Positions 18,432-28,001 are shown, counted from the first letter of the stretch. The stretch: DNA of 64,000 nt from a virus (IMGVR_UViG_3300049203_000068:3339-67338); one strand, 5' to 3'. Numbers and translations are program-made. Notes: generated by a model from the letters alone, not told the origin.

Positions 18432-18938
18432 TCAATGCCCTCGCGCCATTCTTTCTGCCTTGGCTCTTAAATGTTCTGGTATCTGTGCCCACATAGCCGA
18501 CTGCTCAGATTTGAATCTTTCCTGCTCTTGTGGTGTCCAGTCACTAAAGTATTCGTGCCGTTGGGCATCTAACGCCTCAGCTTCTTTGTCGGAAATGCTT
18601 TCCTGATAACGCTGTCCGTCTTCTCTGGCTTGCAGCATTCGGATCGTTCGATCTTCCTGCTGCATCTTGCGGATCGCCTCATTAAAGCCTTTCCGCTCTG
18701 CCTGGGCAACGCGATAATTATAGATGGTCTGAACGCGCTCGCGGCGTGCGCGAGCGTCAATCTCGCGCAGGAACTTATTGACGTGAGCGAGGGTGTAGTT
18801 ATTGAGTAGGTTTTCTAGTGGTCCGTGTCCGTGGGCAATGAGGTCGTTGATGTGCTGCCACCATACGCGAGGGCTGCGCGTTGAAGCCTGCCGAGAACCT
18901 TGGTGACCTTTTCGATGTTCTCGGGGGAGAAAAAACCC
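18432..18938 (-). CDS. tail assembly chaperone frameshift extension (gpT-like)
   Basis: Open -1 frame overlapping the chaperone gene; slippery G GGT TTT at 18932-18938. Confidence 0.6.
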   Translation of the reverse strand, partial: GFFLPREHRKGHQGSRQASTRSPRVWWQHINDLIAHGHGPLENLLNNYTLAHVNKFLREIDARARRERVQTIYNYRVAQAERKGFNEAIRKMQQEDRTIRMLQAREDGQRYQESISDKEAEALDAQRHEYFSDWTPQEQERFKSEQSAMWAQIPEHLRAKAERMARGH

Positions 18939-19327
18939 AGGTTCTTCTCCAGTATCGCTGCGAGGATGTCCAAACCCTCGAGCGGATCTTTGTCTTCCAG
19001 CCATTCGGGCGGCTCGTTTGTGGCAACGGAAATGAGCCCTAAAGCCGAGGGGCCACTAATTGAGATGGCGGTAACCGCCAGATCGATCATTCTGTGCTGA
19101 TCAATCTTAAAGTTTCCGTCTGCGCCGCGCGGTAAAGCGAGGATCGTCCGCAACAGATAGCCAAATGGACCAACGTATTCGAGAGCCCGGAACGCCGGTC
19201 CAAGCGTGAAGCGCTTGATCTGGTAAGTCTTACCAAAGGCCGGGACCGGGACAGGAGTATTAGCGATGTCGTCAGTCGTGCTGGCTTGCTGCTGAGCGAA
19301 GGCCTGAGTAGCCGGATCAGTAATCAT
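18815..19327 (-). CDS. tail assembly chaperone (gpG-like)
   Basis: Position between tail tube and tape measure; EKNLGFF motif. Confidence 0.75.
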   Translation of the reverse strand: MITDPATQAFAQQQASTTDDIANTPVPVPAFGKTYQIKRFTLGPAFRALEYVGPFGYLLRTILALPRGADGNFKIDQHRMIDLAVTAISISGPSALGLISVATNEPPEWLEDKDPLEGLDILAAILEKNLGFFSPENIEKVTKVLGRLQRAALAYGGSTSTTSLPTDTDH

Positions 19328-19638
19328 TTCTTTTCAGGCCCCACTTTGGTTTCAGCCTCAGCAACTACCGCTTTTAGCCCTGCGAGTTTTGAAGGCTTTT
19401 CTTTCTCATAGCTTCCGGTCTTGGCGTAGTAATGTGTCACGCCCTCAGTACGCAATCCATCAGGATCGCCATCAACAGAGGCGATGTATTCATAACCGGC
19501 CGGAGCTGAGCGGGCCTTGCTTGCCTCAGCAGACCACGAGCGCAGGAGCGCATCGGGATCTTTTTTCAGCGTGGCCTCACTGATGACATAAGTCTCCAGC
19601 AGTGCGCCATCCTTATCACGTTGATCAAATCTAGGCAT
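19324..19638 (-). CDS. hypothetical protein in tail operon
   Basis: GAGGGAG RBS; coupled to chaperone. Confidence 0.7.
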   Translation of the reverse strand: MPRFDQRDKDGALLETYVISEATLKKDPDALLRSWSAEASKARSAPAGYEYIASVDGDPDGLRTEGVTHYYAKTGSYEKEKPSKLAGLKAVVAEAETKVGPEKK

Positions 19639-19660
19639 TTTGTGATTCTCCCTCTTGTGA

Positions 19661-20416
19661 TTACGCGTCGAAGTAAATCAGGCGCATGAACTGTCCGGTC
19701 GCGGAAGCCGCCGCCTTCGTGGTATCAACCAGCACTGATCCGTTGATGACCATTGTGCCAAACTCGTCGTTGATCATTCCAAGAGTTTCCAGCGGATCAA
19801 GTCGGCACTTAAATGCGTCCATCACAACGCGCTCAAAGTCGCCACTCACAGTACGCGCTGTGTTGTAACCATCAATGCGGATGTGCTTCTCCGGTGGCGC
19901 AGTCTTGAAGACTCCCACCTGACGGGAGGCGGCGTTCGTGTAGTCAGCGGTGATCGGTCCGGTCATCCCGGCCACGTCACTGAATACGATCACGCCAGAA
20001 GGATCAACGGTGTACTTGGTGCTGGTGATTGCAACGCCGTTGTCTTTAAGCGTCACCGCCGAAACCCTGCCGGTCGCTTTAAGCGCGTAACGCTCGCTAA
20101 CAACTGGAGGCGCGGTCAACACTGCTTCGCCTGTGATAGCACCGCCGGAAATGGCCGCCGCGTCACCGTAACTTGCGACTTCAAAGTTTGCTTCCTTGAA
20201 GTCATCAACCGTGATCGTGATCGTAGCCGTCAGCTCGGTGATAATTCGAGCATCCGTAGTGCGATTGCCGGTGTACGACTCTTTGTGTGTCAGCGTGTCG
20301 GTTGAAAGACCAACCGAGGCGTCTGGGGCGTTGCCAAACCAAGCATAGTTAACGGGGTTGCCTGAACCATCACGTTCCGCGTGAAAGGCTGGGCCTTGAC
20401 CTGAAAAAAGCGGCAA
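19661..20416 (-). CDS. major tail tube protein
   Basis: FSGQG...FGNAP...HKESYTG...INDEFG pattern; AGGAGG RBS. Confidence 0.85.
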   Translation of the reverse strand: MPLFSGQGPAFHAERDGSGNPVNYAWFGNAPDASVGLSTDTLTHKESYTGNRTTDARIITELTATITITVDDFKEANFEVASYGDAAAISGGAITGEAVLTAPPVVSERYALKATGRVSAVTLKDNGVAITSTKYTVDPSGVIVFSDVAGMTGPITADYTNAASRQVGVFKTAPPEKHIRIDGYNTARTVSGDFERVVMDAFKCRLDPLETLGMINDEFGTMVINGSVLVDTTKAAASATGQFMRLIYFDA

Positions 20417-20431
20417 AATAGCACCTCCTGA

Positions 20432-21055
20432 TTAGTTAACGTAATGACGATAATTGGAAGCGCGTTGATGTCGCGCGATTTCTCGCTGACGCGCCGCTAA
20501 AACTTCCCTCTGCCCGATTGTCTGGCGTAGCGATTCGCTTTGATAATGCTCAAAAGTCTGCGCAATCAATATCGGCTGCTGACTCTCATACCACTCCACG
20601 GCTTGCGCTACTTGCTCACTGCTCCAGTTGTGAGCATAGAAGACGTGCTCTACAAACCCGGCCAGGTGAACAACTCTGCGACATTCACTCGTGATCGGGC
20701 CGATATCAAGCGCTCGCTCTCCCTCAGTTTTACACTCACCCCTGCGGTTGACGATTCTTCGCCCCTCTTCAACACACGTGCGCGGGCGTGCGCCAGGGCA
20801 GATAGCGGGCATCTGGAAATACTTACCAAAGTACTTCCGTTGAACTTCGCGGAAGTATTCAATATCGGCGCCGCGAGTCGCTTCCGTCCACGGACGTTTT
20901 GCAACGAGAGAATGGACCGCTTCGGTTGCCGCGCCCCAAACATCACTGAATAGATCATCGGCGTTGGCAACGCGAACGAATGGATCGCCCTGATGTGATT
21001 CGGGTCGAAAAGTCCGGCCCTGCCTTATAGCCTCACTTAATCGCATCTTTTGCAA
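20432..21055 (-). CDS. hypothetical protein between tail tube paralogs
   Basis: ORF of 207 aa (MRLSEAIRQG start motif). Confidence 0.7.
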   Translation of the reverse strand: MQKMRLSEAIRQGRTFRPESHQGDPFVRVANADDLFSDVWGAATEAVHSLVAKRPWTEATRGADIEYFREVQRKYFGKYFQMPAICPGARPRTCVEEGRRIVNRRGECKTEGERALDIGPITSECRRVVHLAGFVEHVFYAHNWSSEQVAQAVEWYESQQPILIAQTFEHYQSESLRQTIGQREVLAARQREIARHQRASNYRHYVN

Positions 21056-21629
21056 ATTCTCCCTTTAGTCGAAGTCCGGTCACTGACTCCCGGTAAGCCT
21101 TTTCTTTATCGAATCGCTCAATAACAAAGAACTTGCCGCGCTTGCCTTGATGGCGTTCGTCGCAACGCGCCTCAGCAGTAATTTTTACACTCGCAAATTC
21201 GTCGGAAATCAAGTCAAAGCTCTGTCCTGCCCTAGTAATGACGCGATGCAGTTCAAGCCGGACTAATCGACCCCAGCCGACACCCTTCGCATCAGTAGTC
21301 GCCGTATCGATCCCGTCAAAGAACAGCGCATACTCAAAAGGCGCTGATTCACCGATATCGAATGCCAGCACGTTATGGTTCGGGTAATGAGCACGAAGAT
21401 CATCATCAGCAAGTGAAGTAAATTCATTCGTAGTCGATTGCCGGATCGTGGAGCCGCAAATAACTTCCAGATTCACTTCGTCAAGTCGCTGGACGTAGAA
21501 CTCAATCTCTCCCGTCAGGAAACTGACCGTAAACTTTGGGACATTACCAACGAAGCGCACATCACCCATGTTGCCCTGAGCGTCTAATTTTGCCGCTCTA
21601 AGTTTTCCTTGCCCGCTATAAAGTTCCAT
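21033..21629 (-). CDS. tail tube protein paralog
   Basis: YSGQG...FVGNVP...FDGIDTA...LISDEFA aligns by eye with 19661..20416. Confidence 0.7.
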   Translation of the reverse strand: MELYSGQGKLRAAKLDAQGNMGDVRFVGNVPKFTVSFLTGEIEFYVQRLDEVNLEVICGSTIRQSTTNEFTSLADDDLRAHYPNHNVLAFDIGESAPFEYALFFDGIDTATTDAKGVGWGRLVRLELHRVITRAGQSFDLISDEFASVKITAEARCDERHQGKRGKFFVIERFDKEKAYRESVTGLRLKGEFAKDAIK

Positions 21630-21632
21630 ACA

Positions 21633-22211
21633 TCAGGTTCCTTCCAATGGCTCAATAAGCCTTAAAGTCAATAACATCTCCGCAACGTGGACCAGGACCA
21701 TACCAAACGCGTCAGGAGCAAATGAAGGCATCTGTACTTTGTCATGTCCCTCAATAAATTCTGCCGGCCCTGCTTTCATGTTCACCACCGTCGCAAATCC
21801 TAACTTTGGAGCGCTATTGATCGTTGTCCTGATCAACTCTACGTTTGTTGACGCTACGTTTTCGCTGCCTTCACCCATTTGGTAGAAGTACGTCAACCGA
21901 AACCGTCTCGTGATTCGATTCCTACCCCGCGCCTGCGTCAAAGATCGGACAGCATCTTCCGGCGGTGGTGTCTGACTGAACGATTCTTCGGAAATCATCA
22001 GGCAGTTAATGCGCTGAATCGTTCCACCACCTTCGATTGAGACCGTATCGAGATCCGACCTCAGGTTCGACGGGTCTTCACCGCTATCCGCTCGGAATGC
22101 AAAAGCTAATTGGTCAATGATCTTTGCCTTCTTCGTTCCCGAAGTGGCGATTACAGGAGTCAATAAAGTCGCGAGCTGCGTCTTAATCTCATTTGCTGTC
22201 GGCGGCGGCAT
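21633..22211 (-). CDS. tail terminator-like protein
   Basis: Synteny and size. Confidence 0.55.
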   Translation of the reverse strand: MPPPTANEIKTQLATLLTPVIATSGTKKAKIIDQLAFAFRADSGEDPSNLRSDLDTVSIEGGGTIQRINCLMISEESFSQTPPPEDAVRSLTQARGRNRITRRFRLTYFYQMGEGSENVASTNVELIRTTINSAPKLGFATVVNMKAGPAEFIEGHDKVQMPSFAPDAFGMVLVHVAEMLLTLRLIEPLEGT

Positions 22212-22328
22212 ACGTGCTATTCTGTTCCGGGACGGCCACTCCGGGTGGAAACACTTCCCGTTTCGAGTTACGGGCCACAGCGGGTTGGCCGCTGGGTGAC
22301 AACAAGTTCCTTGGCTCCGACCGTCCCA

Positions 22329-22763
22329 TCACGCCCTTGTCAGGTTTTGAGCAAACTCGCGCACCTTCAATAAATGAATATCCCGAATCTCACCACGTGA
22401 CTCTGCCAGTGCAATCCGAGCAAATCTTCGGGCAGCCATGCCAGGACGTTTGCCATACTTGTATCCGCGCGGTGCTGGCTGGCCTGTCGTTGAACCTCTT
22501 CGACCAGTCCCGTATTCACCAAAGATCATGTAGAAAGCAGTCGGGAAGAGACGGTAGATCTTCTTTAACCCTTCGGTCACAAACTCTTCCTGCAAAGATC
22601 GTAATCCTGCGCCGGTGCGATAGAAGCGTGCGCGTATGCTGCTCTCAACATGACGGCGCAAGATTGGCGCAGAGTCTTGGAGCGCTTCATCTCGCGCCCT
22701 TTCCAGATCGCTCTGGTAATGCGTGAACACTCGGCCAAGTTTTAGCGTTACCAGATCGCTCAA
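22329..22763 (-). CDS. HK97 gp10-like tail completion protein
   Basis: RTGAGLRSL...EYGTG...GMAARRF. Confidence 0.75.
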   Translation of the reverse strand: MSDLVTLKLGRVFTHYQSDLERARDEALQDSAPILRRHVESSIRARFYRTGAGLRSLQEEFVTEGLKKIYRLFPTAFYMIFGEYGTGRRGSTTGQPAPRGYKYGKRPGMAARRFARIALAESRGEIRDIHLLKVREFAQNLTRA

Positions 22764-22996
22764 CTTAGAACCTTTCTTGCCTGCGCTTTATTTCGAGCGA
22801 GCTTTCTGACGATGATGTCATCCTTAACCCCGGACGCACTGAAACGCTCAATTGTGCGCGCGTCGTCAACAAGCACGATTCGCATGTCGGTCTTACGCAC
22901 GACGCGATCTGATTGCGCGCGTTGCTGTGTAGCCTTGGTCGCCATTACAACTCCGCTCAAACCAATCAATCCCGCAATGAAACCTCGTCGATTCAC
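22760..22996 (-). CDS. small protein with twin-arginine-like N-terminus
   Basis: MNRRGFIAGLIG; coupled overlaps on both sides. Confidence 0.65.
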   Translation of the reverse strand: MNRRGFIAGLIGLSGVVMATKATQQRAQSDRVVRKTDMRIVLVDDARTIERFSASGVKDDIIVRKLARNKAQARKVLS

Positions 22997-23352
22997 GCCA
23001 ACTGCTCCCCTATCGCCTGCACCTTAAATTCGTAACTGGGCACGCTGCCGGTAAATGAGTCTTTACCGATTATCTTATAGTTCATTCCTTTAATTCTGAC
23101 TGCGGTCATTGTCTTGAGGTGCGTTAACCGATCACCTTGAAGATCTTCCACAAACAGCTTGAAATATCTTGGCCCAGCTTCAATGTCCTGATATTCATGA
23201 CGACCCAAATCCCAGTTAGTTGTTAACGTTGCGAGCGTCGTATATGGACCATTCCCTTTCAGTAGCAATAAGGTGTCTGTGCCAACGAATAGCTGGCGGC
23301 TAACGTTATGCCCTGCCGCCCTTGCGGTTGCCACGTCACTAGGAAACGTCAT
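22993..23352 (-). CDS. head closure / stopper protein
   Basis: Synteny; beta-rich, 119 aa. Confidence 0.55.
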   Translation of the reverse strand: MTFPSDVATARAAGHNVSRQLFVGTDTLLLLKGNGPYTTLATLTTNWDLGRHEYQDIEAGPRYFKLFVEDLQGDRLTHLKTMTAVRIKGMNYKIIGKDSFTGSVPSYEFKVQAIGEQLA

Positions 23353-23879
23353 GCCCTCACCACGCTTATCTCTCGCCTGAATGGCCGGAAACTATTCGCG
23401 ATCTCAATACACCGCTTATACATCTGAGAGATCTCCGGTTCACCGTCCGCGTCTATAAACTGGCTGGACTTCCTGGCTTTCAGTAACCAGCATGCGTGCG
23501 CGGCACGTTCGATGTCGTAGACATTATATTCCGCTCCCACTATTCGCGGGTTAAACCTCGCTGTCCCGATCTCGCGCCATGTCAATTGCGGATTGCTCGT
23601 GCCCTCCCCAATTAAGGCGCCTGAGTATATCGGCCAATCGTTTGCGATAAGCTCCGTGGCCTGAGAGGTTCCGGGTTGCTCGACCTGATAAGCGTGGCCA
23701 TTGCCGACCACTACCACGCTCCCCGCAACATAGGCGGTATTGATGGCCCACCTACTCGCGAGTTTGGCTCGATCAATCTCAGTTTCTATCTCCGTAGAGG
23801 TTAATGTTGGAGCCACCGCAGATTGAACCAGCGTGTTGACGATTGTGATGGCGTCACTCCTGTCAGAAGCGTCAGACAT
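23349..23879 (-). CDS. head-tail adaptor with inserted carbohydrate-binding-like module
   Basis: YDIERAAHACWLLKA adaptor motif; WAINTAYVAGSVV..NGHAYQV insert. Confidence 0.65.
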   Translation of the reverse strand: MSDASDRSDAITIVNTLVQSAVAPTLTSTEIETEIDRAKLASRWAINTAYVAGSVVVVGNGHAYQVEQPGTSQATELIANDWPIYSGALIGEGTSNPQLTWREIGTARFNPRIVGAEYNVYDIERAAHACWLLKARKSSQFIDADGEPEISQMYKRCIEIANSFRPFRREISVVRA

Positions 23880-23888
23880 TAATTACCT

Positions 23889-24275
23889 TTATGTCCCGAT
23901 CGCGACCCATGCAATCTTCACGTTGTCGGTGAAATCGGTCGCGGCTATCGGGGTAACATCATTAACCGCAGTGGGCTTGTAAGTGGTGATTAGGATTGAG
24001 CCAGCCGCGGGAGTGCCGGCCTGATCACCGATCGAGCCTGCGCAGAATAATTGATTGACTGTCGGTGCTCCGCCAAAGGCAACAATTACCGCGACCACCG
24101 TTGCAAGGCCAGTAACTACAGTATCTGACGCCGCAACTTGCGTATGTACACCGCGAGCAATCTTGTAACCAGCACCAACGCCCTGCGTAAGAAGTTCAAG
24201 TTGCGCTTTTGTCAGGTTGGTTAGCTTGGTAGCCGCTTCAGACTGCGCTTGATCGGATTCCGGGTTATAGGACAT
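23889..24275 (-). CDS. putative capsid decoration protein
   Basis: TGLATVVAV...AWVAIGT; position. Confidence 0.55.
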   Translation of the reverse strand: MSYNPESDQAQSEAATKLTNLTKAQLELLTQGVGAGYKIARGVHTQVAASDTVVTGLATVVAVIVAFGGAPTVNQLFCAGSIGDQAGTPAAGSILITTYKPTAVNDVTPIAATDFTDNVKIAWVAIGT

Positions 24276-24767
24276 TTATTTCTCCTTTAGCGCGTCTTCA
24301 ATGGCTCCAAATCGCTTTTCGCCAATGTCGGGTACGTCTTTGTACCAGCCCTCTCCCCTGGCGACGAGTTTGCGCACCTTTGCATAGGTGCCATAACCAG
24401 CCGCATCTAGCGCAGAGCGCGAAGGAAAGTCATCAGGTAGTGGACCACGCAGAGTCATATTTAGATCATCGTCGTCATCTGCCTTATGTTCCAATTCAGC
24501 CAGCGGCAACGCCATTTCTGGCATTAAGCCCGTGACGGTTTCTGGCCTGATCGGCTTATGCACGTTCTCGCCTTCCAGCGAGACGATCGGTACTTCCATT
24601 GTGTACTCCCCAGATGCCACGGCCTCCTTAGCGTCCACCGGAAATACATCCTGATGGGATCCGTCAGACTTGTGGTAGATCCGCACTTGCTGTGGCGCTG
24701 GTGAATCTTTGATTACCTGTCGGGTTGACGTGACCTTGTTAGTTGTTGCCACTACTTCCTTTGCCAT
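24276..24767 (-). CDS. hypothetical protein with C-terminal helix-hairpin-helix-like domain
   Basis: LPDDFP...AAGY...VPDIGEKRFGAI; AGGAG RBS. Confidence 0.65.
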   Translation of the reverse strand: MAKEVVATTNKVTSTRQVIKDSPAPQQVRIYHKSDGSHQDVFPVDAKEAVASGEYTMEVPIVSLEGENVHKPIRPETVTGLMPEMALPLAELEHKADDDDDLNMTLRGPLPDDFPSRSALDAAGYGTYAKVRKLVARGEGWYKDVPDIGEKRFGAIEDALKEK

Positions 24768-24834
24768 CCGAACTTCTCCTTTTTCTGAAACCCAAAACAA
24801 CTAAAGGGGCTTGACTGCTGGTTACGGCGCCGGG

Positions 24835-25302
24835 CTATTCCTTTGCAACAAATGCCGTGAAGTTGATCCCGGTGGCGATCGCGCCCGTCACGACTGTAAA
24901 GCCGCGGATATAGCGATAGTAGACGTTGTTTCGTTCGTTAGTGAACGGCAGCACGTAGCGTCCGGCGGCATCATCAACATCAACTCCTGATCCGGCATAG
25001 GCAGCTCCGATGGTTGAGCCGTCACCCACTGGAAGTGCGGCCAGGATCACGATGTCTGAGGCAAACGTTGCGCTATTACTACCCTGAATTAACAGATCGT
25101 AGCGTTCGTCTCCAGAGGCGATCTCCAGTGCGCTAATGTCCATCACGCATTTTCCGCAGAAGCGGCCGGTGCCGACATCAAGAACTTTGGCAGATCCGCC
25201 GACGCCCCATGCGGCATCAGCGGCAACGAGACCTGTGTCTTTCATTTCCAAGTCTGCGTCATACGTGTAAGACTCGCGGTGTTTTGCAGCGGTGTAAGTC
25301 AT
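24835..25302 (-). CDS. minor capsid / cement protein
   Basis: Directly follows capsid gene; jelly-roll-like ...YRYIR...GINFTAF. Confidence 0.7.
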   Translation of the reverse strand: MTYTAAKHRESYTYDADLEMKDTGLVAADAAWGVGGSAKVLDVGTGRFCGKCVMDISALEIASGDERYDLLIQGSNSATFASDIVILAALPVGDGSTIGAAYAGSGVDVDDAAGRYVLPFTNERNNVYYRYIRGFTVVTGAIATGINFTAFVAKE

Positions 25303-25328
25303 ATCGTTTTCTCTCCTATGCAGCCGCC

Positions 25329-26255
25329 TTACGCGGTAACTGCGGCATTGCTAATTGACCACAGACGCGCAGCAGCGCGCGGATGAAACAGCGCGATTCC
25401 TGCGTACCACTCGACTCGCGTTCGCTTTACTGGCTGCGTTTGCAGTTCACCAAGATCGCGCACGCTCATCACTCCACTTTGAATGCCCTGTAGCATTCCT
25501 TCCATGAACGACACAACATAGATCGAAGTCGCAGTGGCAGTGCCTGAGGTTGCCGCCTCTGTGAACGGAAGGATTTCGTTGCCGGCGTTGTCCTGCTCGA
25601 TGATTAAAATCGGTAAGTCGTTGTATTGCGTCACGCGACGGCCAAACGCATCTACTGTGTAGGTGATATTTCCGCTAACGGTTTCGGTACGAGCGGCCGC
25701 TGTAAGCAACCGGCGCATCGTCTTGTTCATGATCAAGTGCGTCGGGTTGTCTACCGCATCAATCGCCTCATCCAACTTAGCTAGGCTCAGCGGCGTGCCG
25801 TTCGCGGTGGCGCCGGCAGCGATCTTTTGCGTGCCCGTGAGCCTTACTTGCAGCCCGTCGTACAGCCGCGGATCGACGGTGGAGTCGCCCTTGATGATTG
25901 CCTGCGACCAACGCAGCGCAAGTGCTTTGGTTTTCATTGCCTCCTGCACGGCGCGTTGATCCTGGCCCATCGTTTCGAGGATGAACACATCGACGTCGAG
26001 ATCACCACCCGCAATTACTAGAGGCTCAGTGACGGGATTGATTACGCCGGTAGACTCCGTGTAGGCTTCATTAACGCCGCGAAAGCCAATACCGGGCAAA
26101 GTCTCTTCGCGGTTGTATTGAAGGGCATTACCGGCAATAGTGTCGAAGGGGAGCGTTCGCAGGATGTCCGAGCTCGCTGCAAACAGTTCAATAATCGCGC
26201 TGCGCTTGACTTCTCCTGAGTGGAGTTTCGCAGCTTCTACGAGCGTCAGTGCCAT
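25329..26255 (-). CDS. major capsid protein
   Basis: LTLVEAAK...IIELF...YNREETLPGIGFRGVNE...GGDLDVD...RTRVEWY; AGGAG RBS. Confidence 0.9.
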   Translation of the reverse strand: MALTLVEAAKLHSGEVKRSAIIELFAASSDILRTLPFDTIAGNALQYNREETLPGIGFRGVNEAYTESTGVINPVTEPLVIAGGDLDVDVFILETMGQDQRAVQEAMKTKALALRWSQAIIKGDSTVDPRLYDGLQVRLTGTQKIAAGATANGTPLSLAKLDEAIDAVDNPTHLIMNKTMRRLLTAAARTETVSGNITYTVDAFGRRVTQYNDLPILIIEQDNAGNEILPFTEAATSGTATATSIYVVSFMEGMLQGIQSGVMSVRDLGELQTQPVKRTRVEWYAGIALFHPRAAARLWSISNAAVTA

Positions 26256-26294
26256 AAGGTCTCCTGATTAGCGCCCGCCGTAGAAATTTATTAC

Positions 26295-27515
26295 CTAAGC
26301 AGCGGCTGATTGCTTATTGGCCGCTTTCAGGCGTTCCACGGGCGAAAGCTTGGATAGATCGGCTCCCTGAACCGAGCGCCCGTCATGAGTGGCCCCACCA
26401 CCGCCGACTGTGTTTGCATCAAAAGCCCTGAGATAGTCTTCTGACACCTTCATTTCCTCAACCAACTGCTCGATCGTCATTGGCGTGCCTTGCGCATCCC
26501 CAATGCGCGGGTTGCCCTTCTCATCAATTACCTTAGCGGTAAACTTCCCGTCTTCGTTGAACACCTTAACCCTGGCCTTAACGTGCGGCTCAAGAAGTTT
26601 CACCGCCTTTGTATGCTTCGACAGCGCCGAAACGACTTCCGCGTCAACCAACTTGGCTTCAAGAGCACTGGAGAGCGATTTAATACTTGTTTCGCGCTCT
26701 TCGATTTCTTTTTGGTGCTTATCAAGTAGCTGCTTTTCACGTTGGGCAGCTTGGTCCTTTAACTGCTGCTCCAATACTTGCCACTGGCCTTTGCCTTCGA
26801 GTGCAGCTCGCTCAGCGGCCTCATGAGCTTCCATCAGTTCGGCGTATTTCGCCGGATCGATGCCGCTGTATCCGGCCAGATCATCTTTTGCCTTTTTAAG
26901 ATCCGCGAGCACCTTGTCGCGGTTCTGTTTTAGCCCCGCGACTTCTGAAGGAGTCTCAAACTCAAAAGTGTACTTGCCGTCCTTTTCAGCGCACAGCTTC
27001 TGTTGCGCCACGGGTAGGGCGTCAAACTGTTCTTTTGTGTATTCGATTAGCATTGGCTTCCTTTGCTGTTGTGACTCGGCCTCACCGAGATCTCGTGAAC
27101 GGAAAATATCTATAGCATCTTTCGGATCTTTAAGTTTGTGGACACGCGCCCCGCGCTTAGCTAACTCGCCCTGAATCTCGCGAAAGACCGTGAACATCCC
27201 CTTGGTCATCGACTCCTGACCGGGTAGTCGCATCTCAAACGGATGATGAAGTGTCAGAATATCCGCGTCTAATGGCTTGTCAGGATTTGCACGCAGCCAC
27301 TTTCTGAGTGCTCGCGCCATCTGCACGCCTTCAATGATCCAATCCCCTTGATCGTCAAACCACTTACTCGCAAAGTCACTTGATTCGCTCCAGCCGAGAT
27401 GCTCAACGTCATGACTACATCGAAGAGTTTTGATTCCGAGTTCATCTCTTAGTTTCTCGGATAAGGTTGATTTGCCAGCCCTTGGACCTCCGATGATGAT
27501 GATCCGACGTGACAT
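26295..27515 (-). CDS. P-loop kinase-like domain fused to capsid scaffolding protein
   Basis: IIIIGGPRAGKST Walker A and WIIEG; C-terminal coiled-coil scaffold; internal ATG at 27053 with AAGGAAG. Confidence 0.75.
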   Translation of the reverse strand: MSRRIIIIGGPRAGKSTLSEKLRDELGIKTLRCSHDVEHLGWSESSDFASKWFDDQGDWIIEGVQMARALRKWLRANPDKPLDADILTLHHPFEMRLPGQESMTKGMFTVFREIQGELAKRGARVHKLKDPKDAIDIFRSRDLGEAESQQQRKPMLIEYTKEQFDALPVAQQKLCAEKDGKYTFEFETPSEVAGLKQNRDKVLADLKKAKDDLAGYSGIDPAKYAELMEAHEAAERAALEGKGQWQVLEQQLKDQAAQREKQLLDKHQKEIEERETSIKSLSSALEAKLVDAEVVSALSKHTKAVKLLEPHVKARVKVFNEDGKFTAKVIDEKGNPRIGDAQGTPMTIEQLVEEMKVSEDYLRAFDANTVGGGGATHDGRSVQGADLSKLSPVERLKAANKQSAAA

Positions 27516-27518
27516 GCA

Positions 27519-28001
27519 TCATCCCCGCGGCCCTGCATAAGGCTGATTTTCGGTCGGAGAAACACCCCGCACAGAATGGCCTTCCAGAACGAGGCGAGTT
27601 AAATCCTGTGTAACCGACTCGCATCGCTCTTCGATCTGCTTTAGCGTGGCGTTGTTGAACTTCTGCGCCTCGCTTTCAGGCACAAGCAGCCTAAGCATGT
27701 CGCGGGCGTAGTCCGAAAGTGGGGCGACAAACAAGTGCATCAACTCGTGAACCAAACCCTCACGCTTAAATTCTTCTGTTTGATCAAGCCAAGAAGCATA
27801 AACATTCATCCGCGCCCATCTGTAATCATAGTGAGCCGTAATATCTGCCACTGTTGAGGCGTTGGCGGTATCGCCCGCGCACCATGCGACCCAAACATGT
27901 GAGCACCAGTCAGGCACGAGGTGGTTTAGATCGTTCAAAAAGCGCTCAAGCTCAGGCCGCACTACTGCGGGTGTCTCATCGTAGAGTCGGATTTTTGTCA
28001 T
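27519..28001 (-). CDS. zincin-like metallopeptidase
   Basis: LVHELMHL (HExxH) plus downstream EE. Confidence 0.65.
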   Translation of the reverse strand: MTKIRLYDETPAVVRPELERFLNDLNHLVPDWCSHVWVAWCAGDTANASTVADITAHYDYRWARMNVYASWLDQTEEFKREGLVHELMHLFVAPLSDYARDMLRLLVPESEAQKFNNATLKQIEERCESVTQDLTRLVLEGHSVRGVSPTENQPYAGPRG

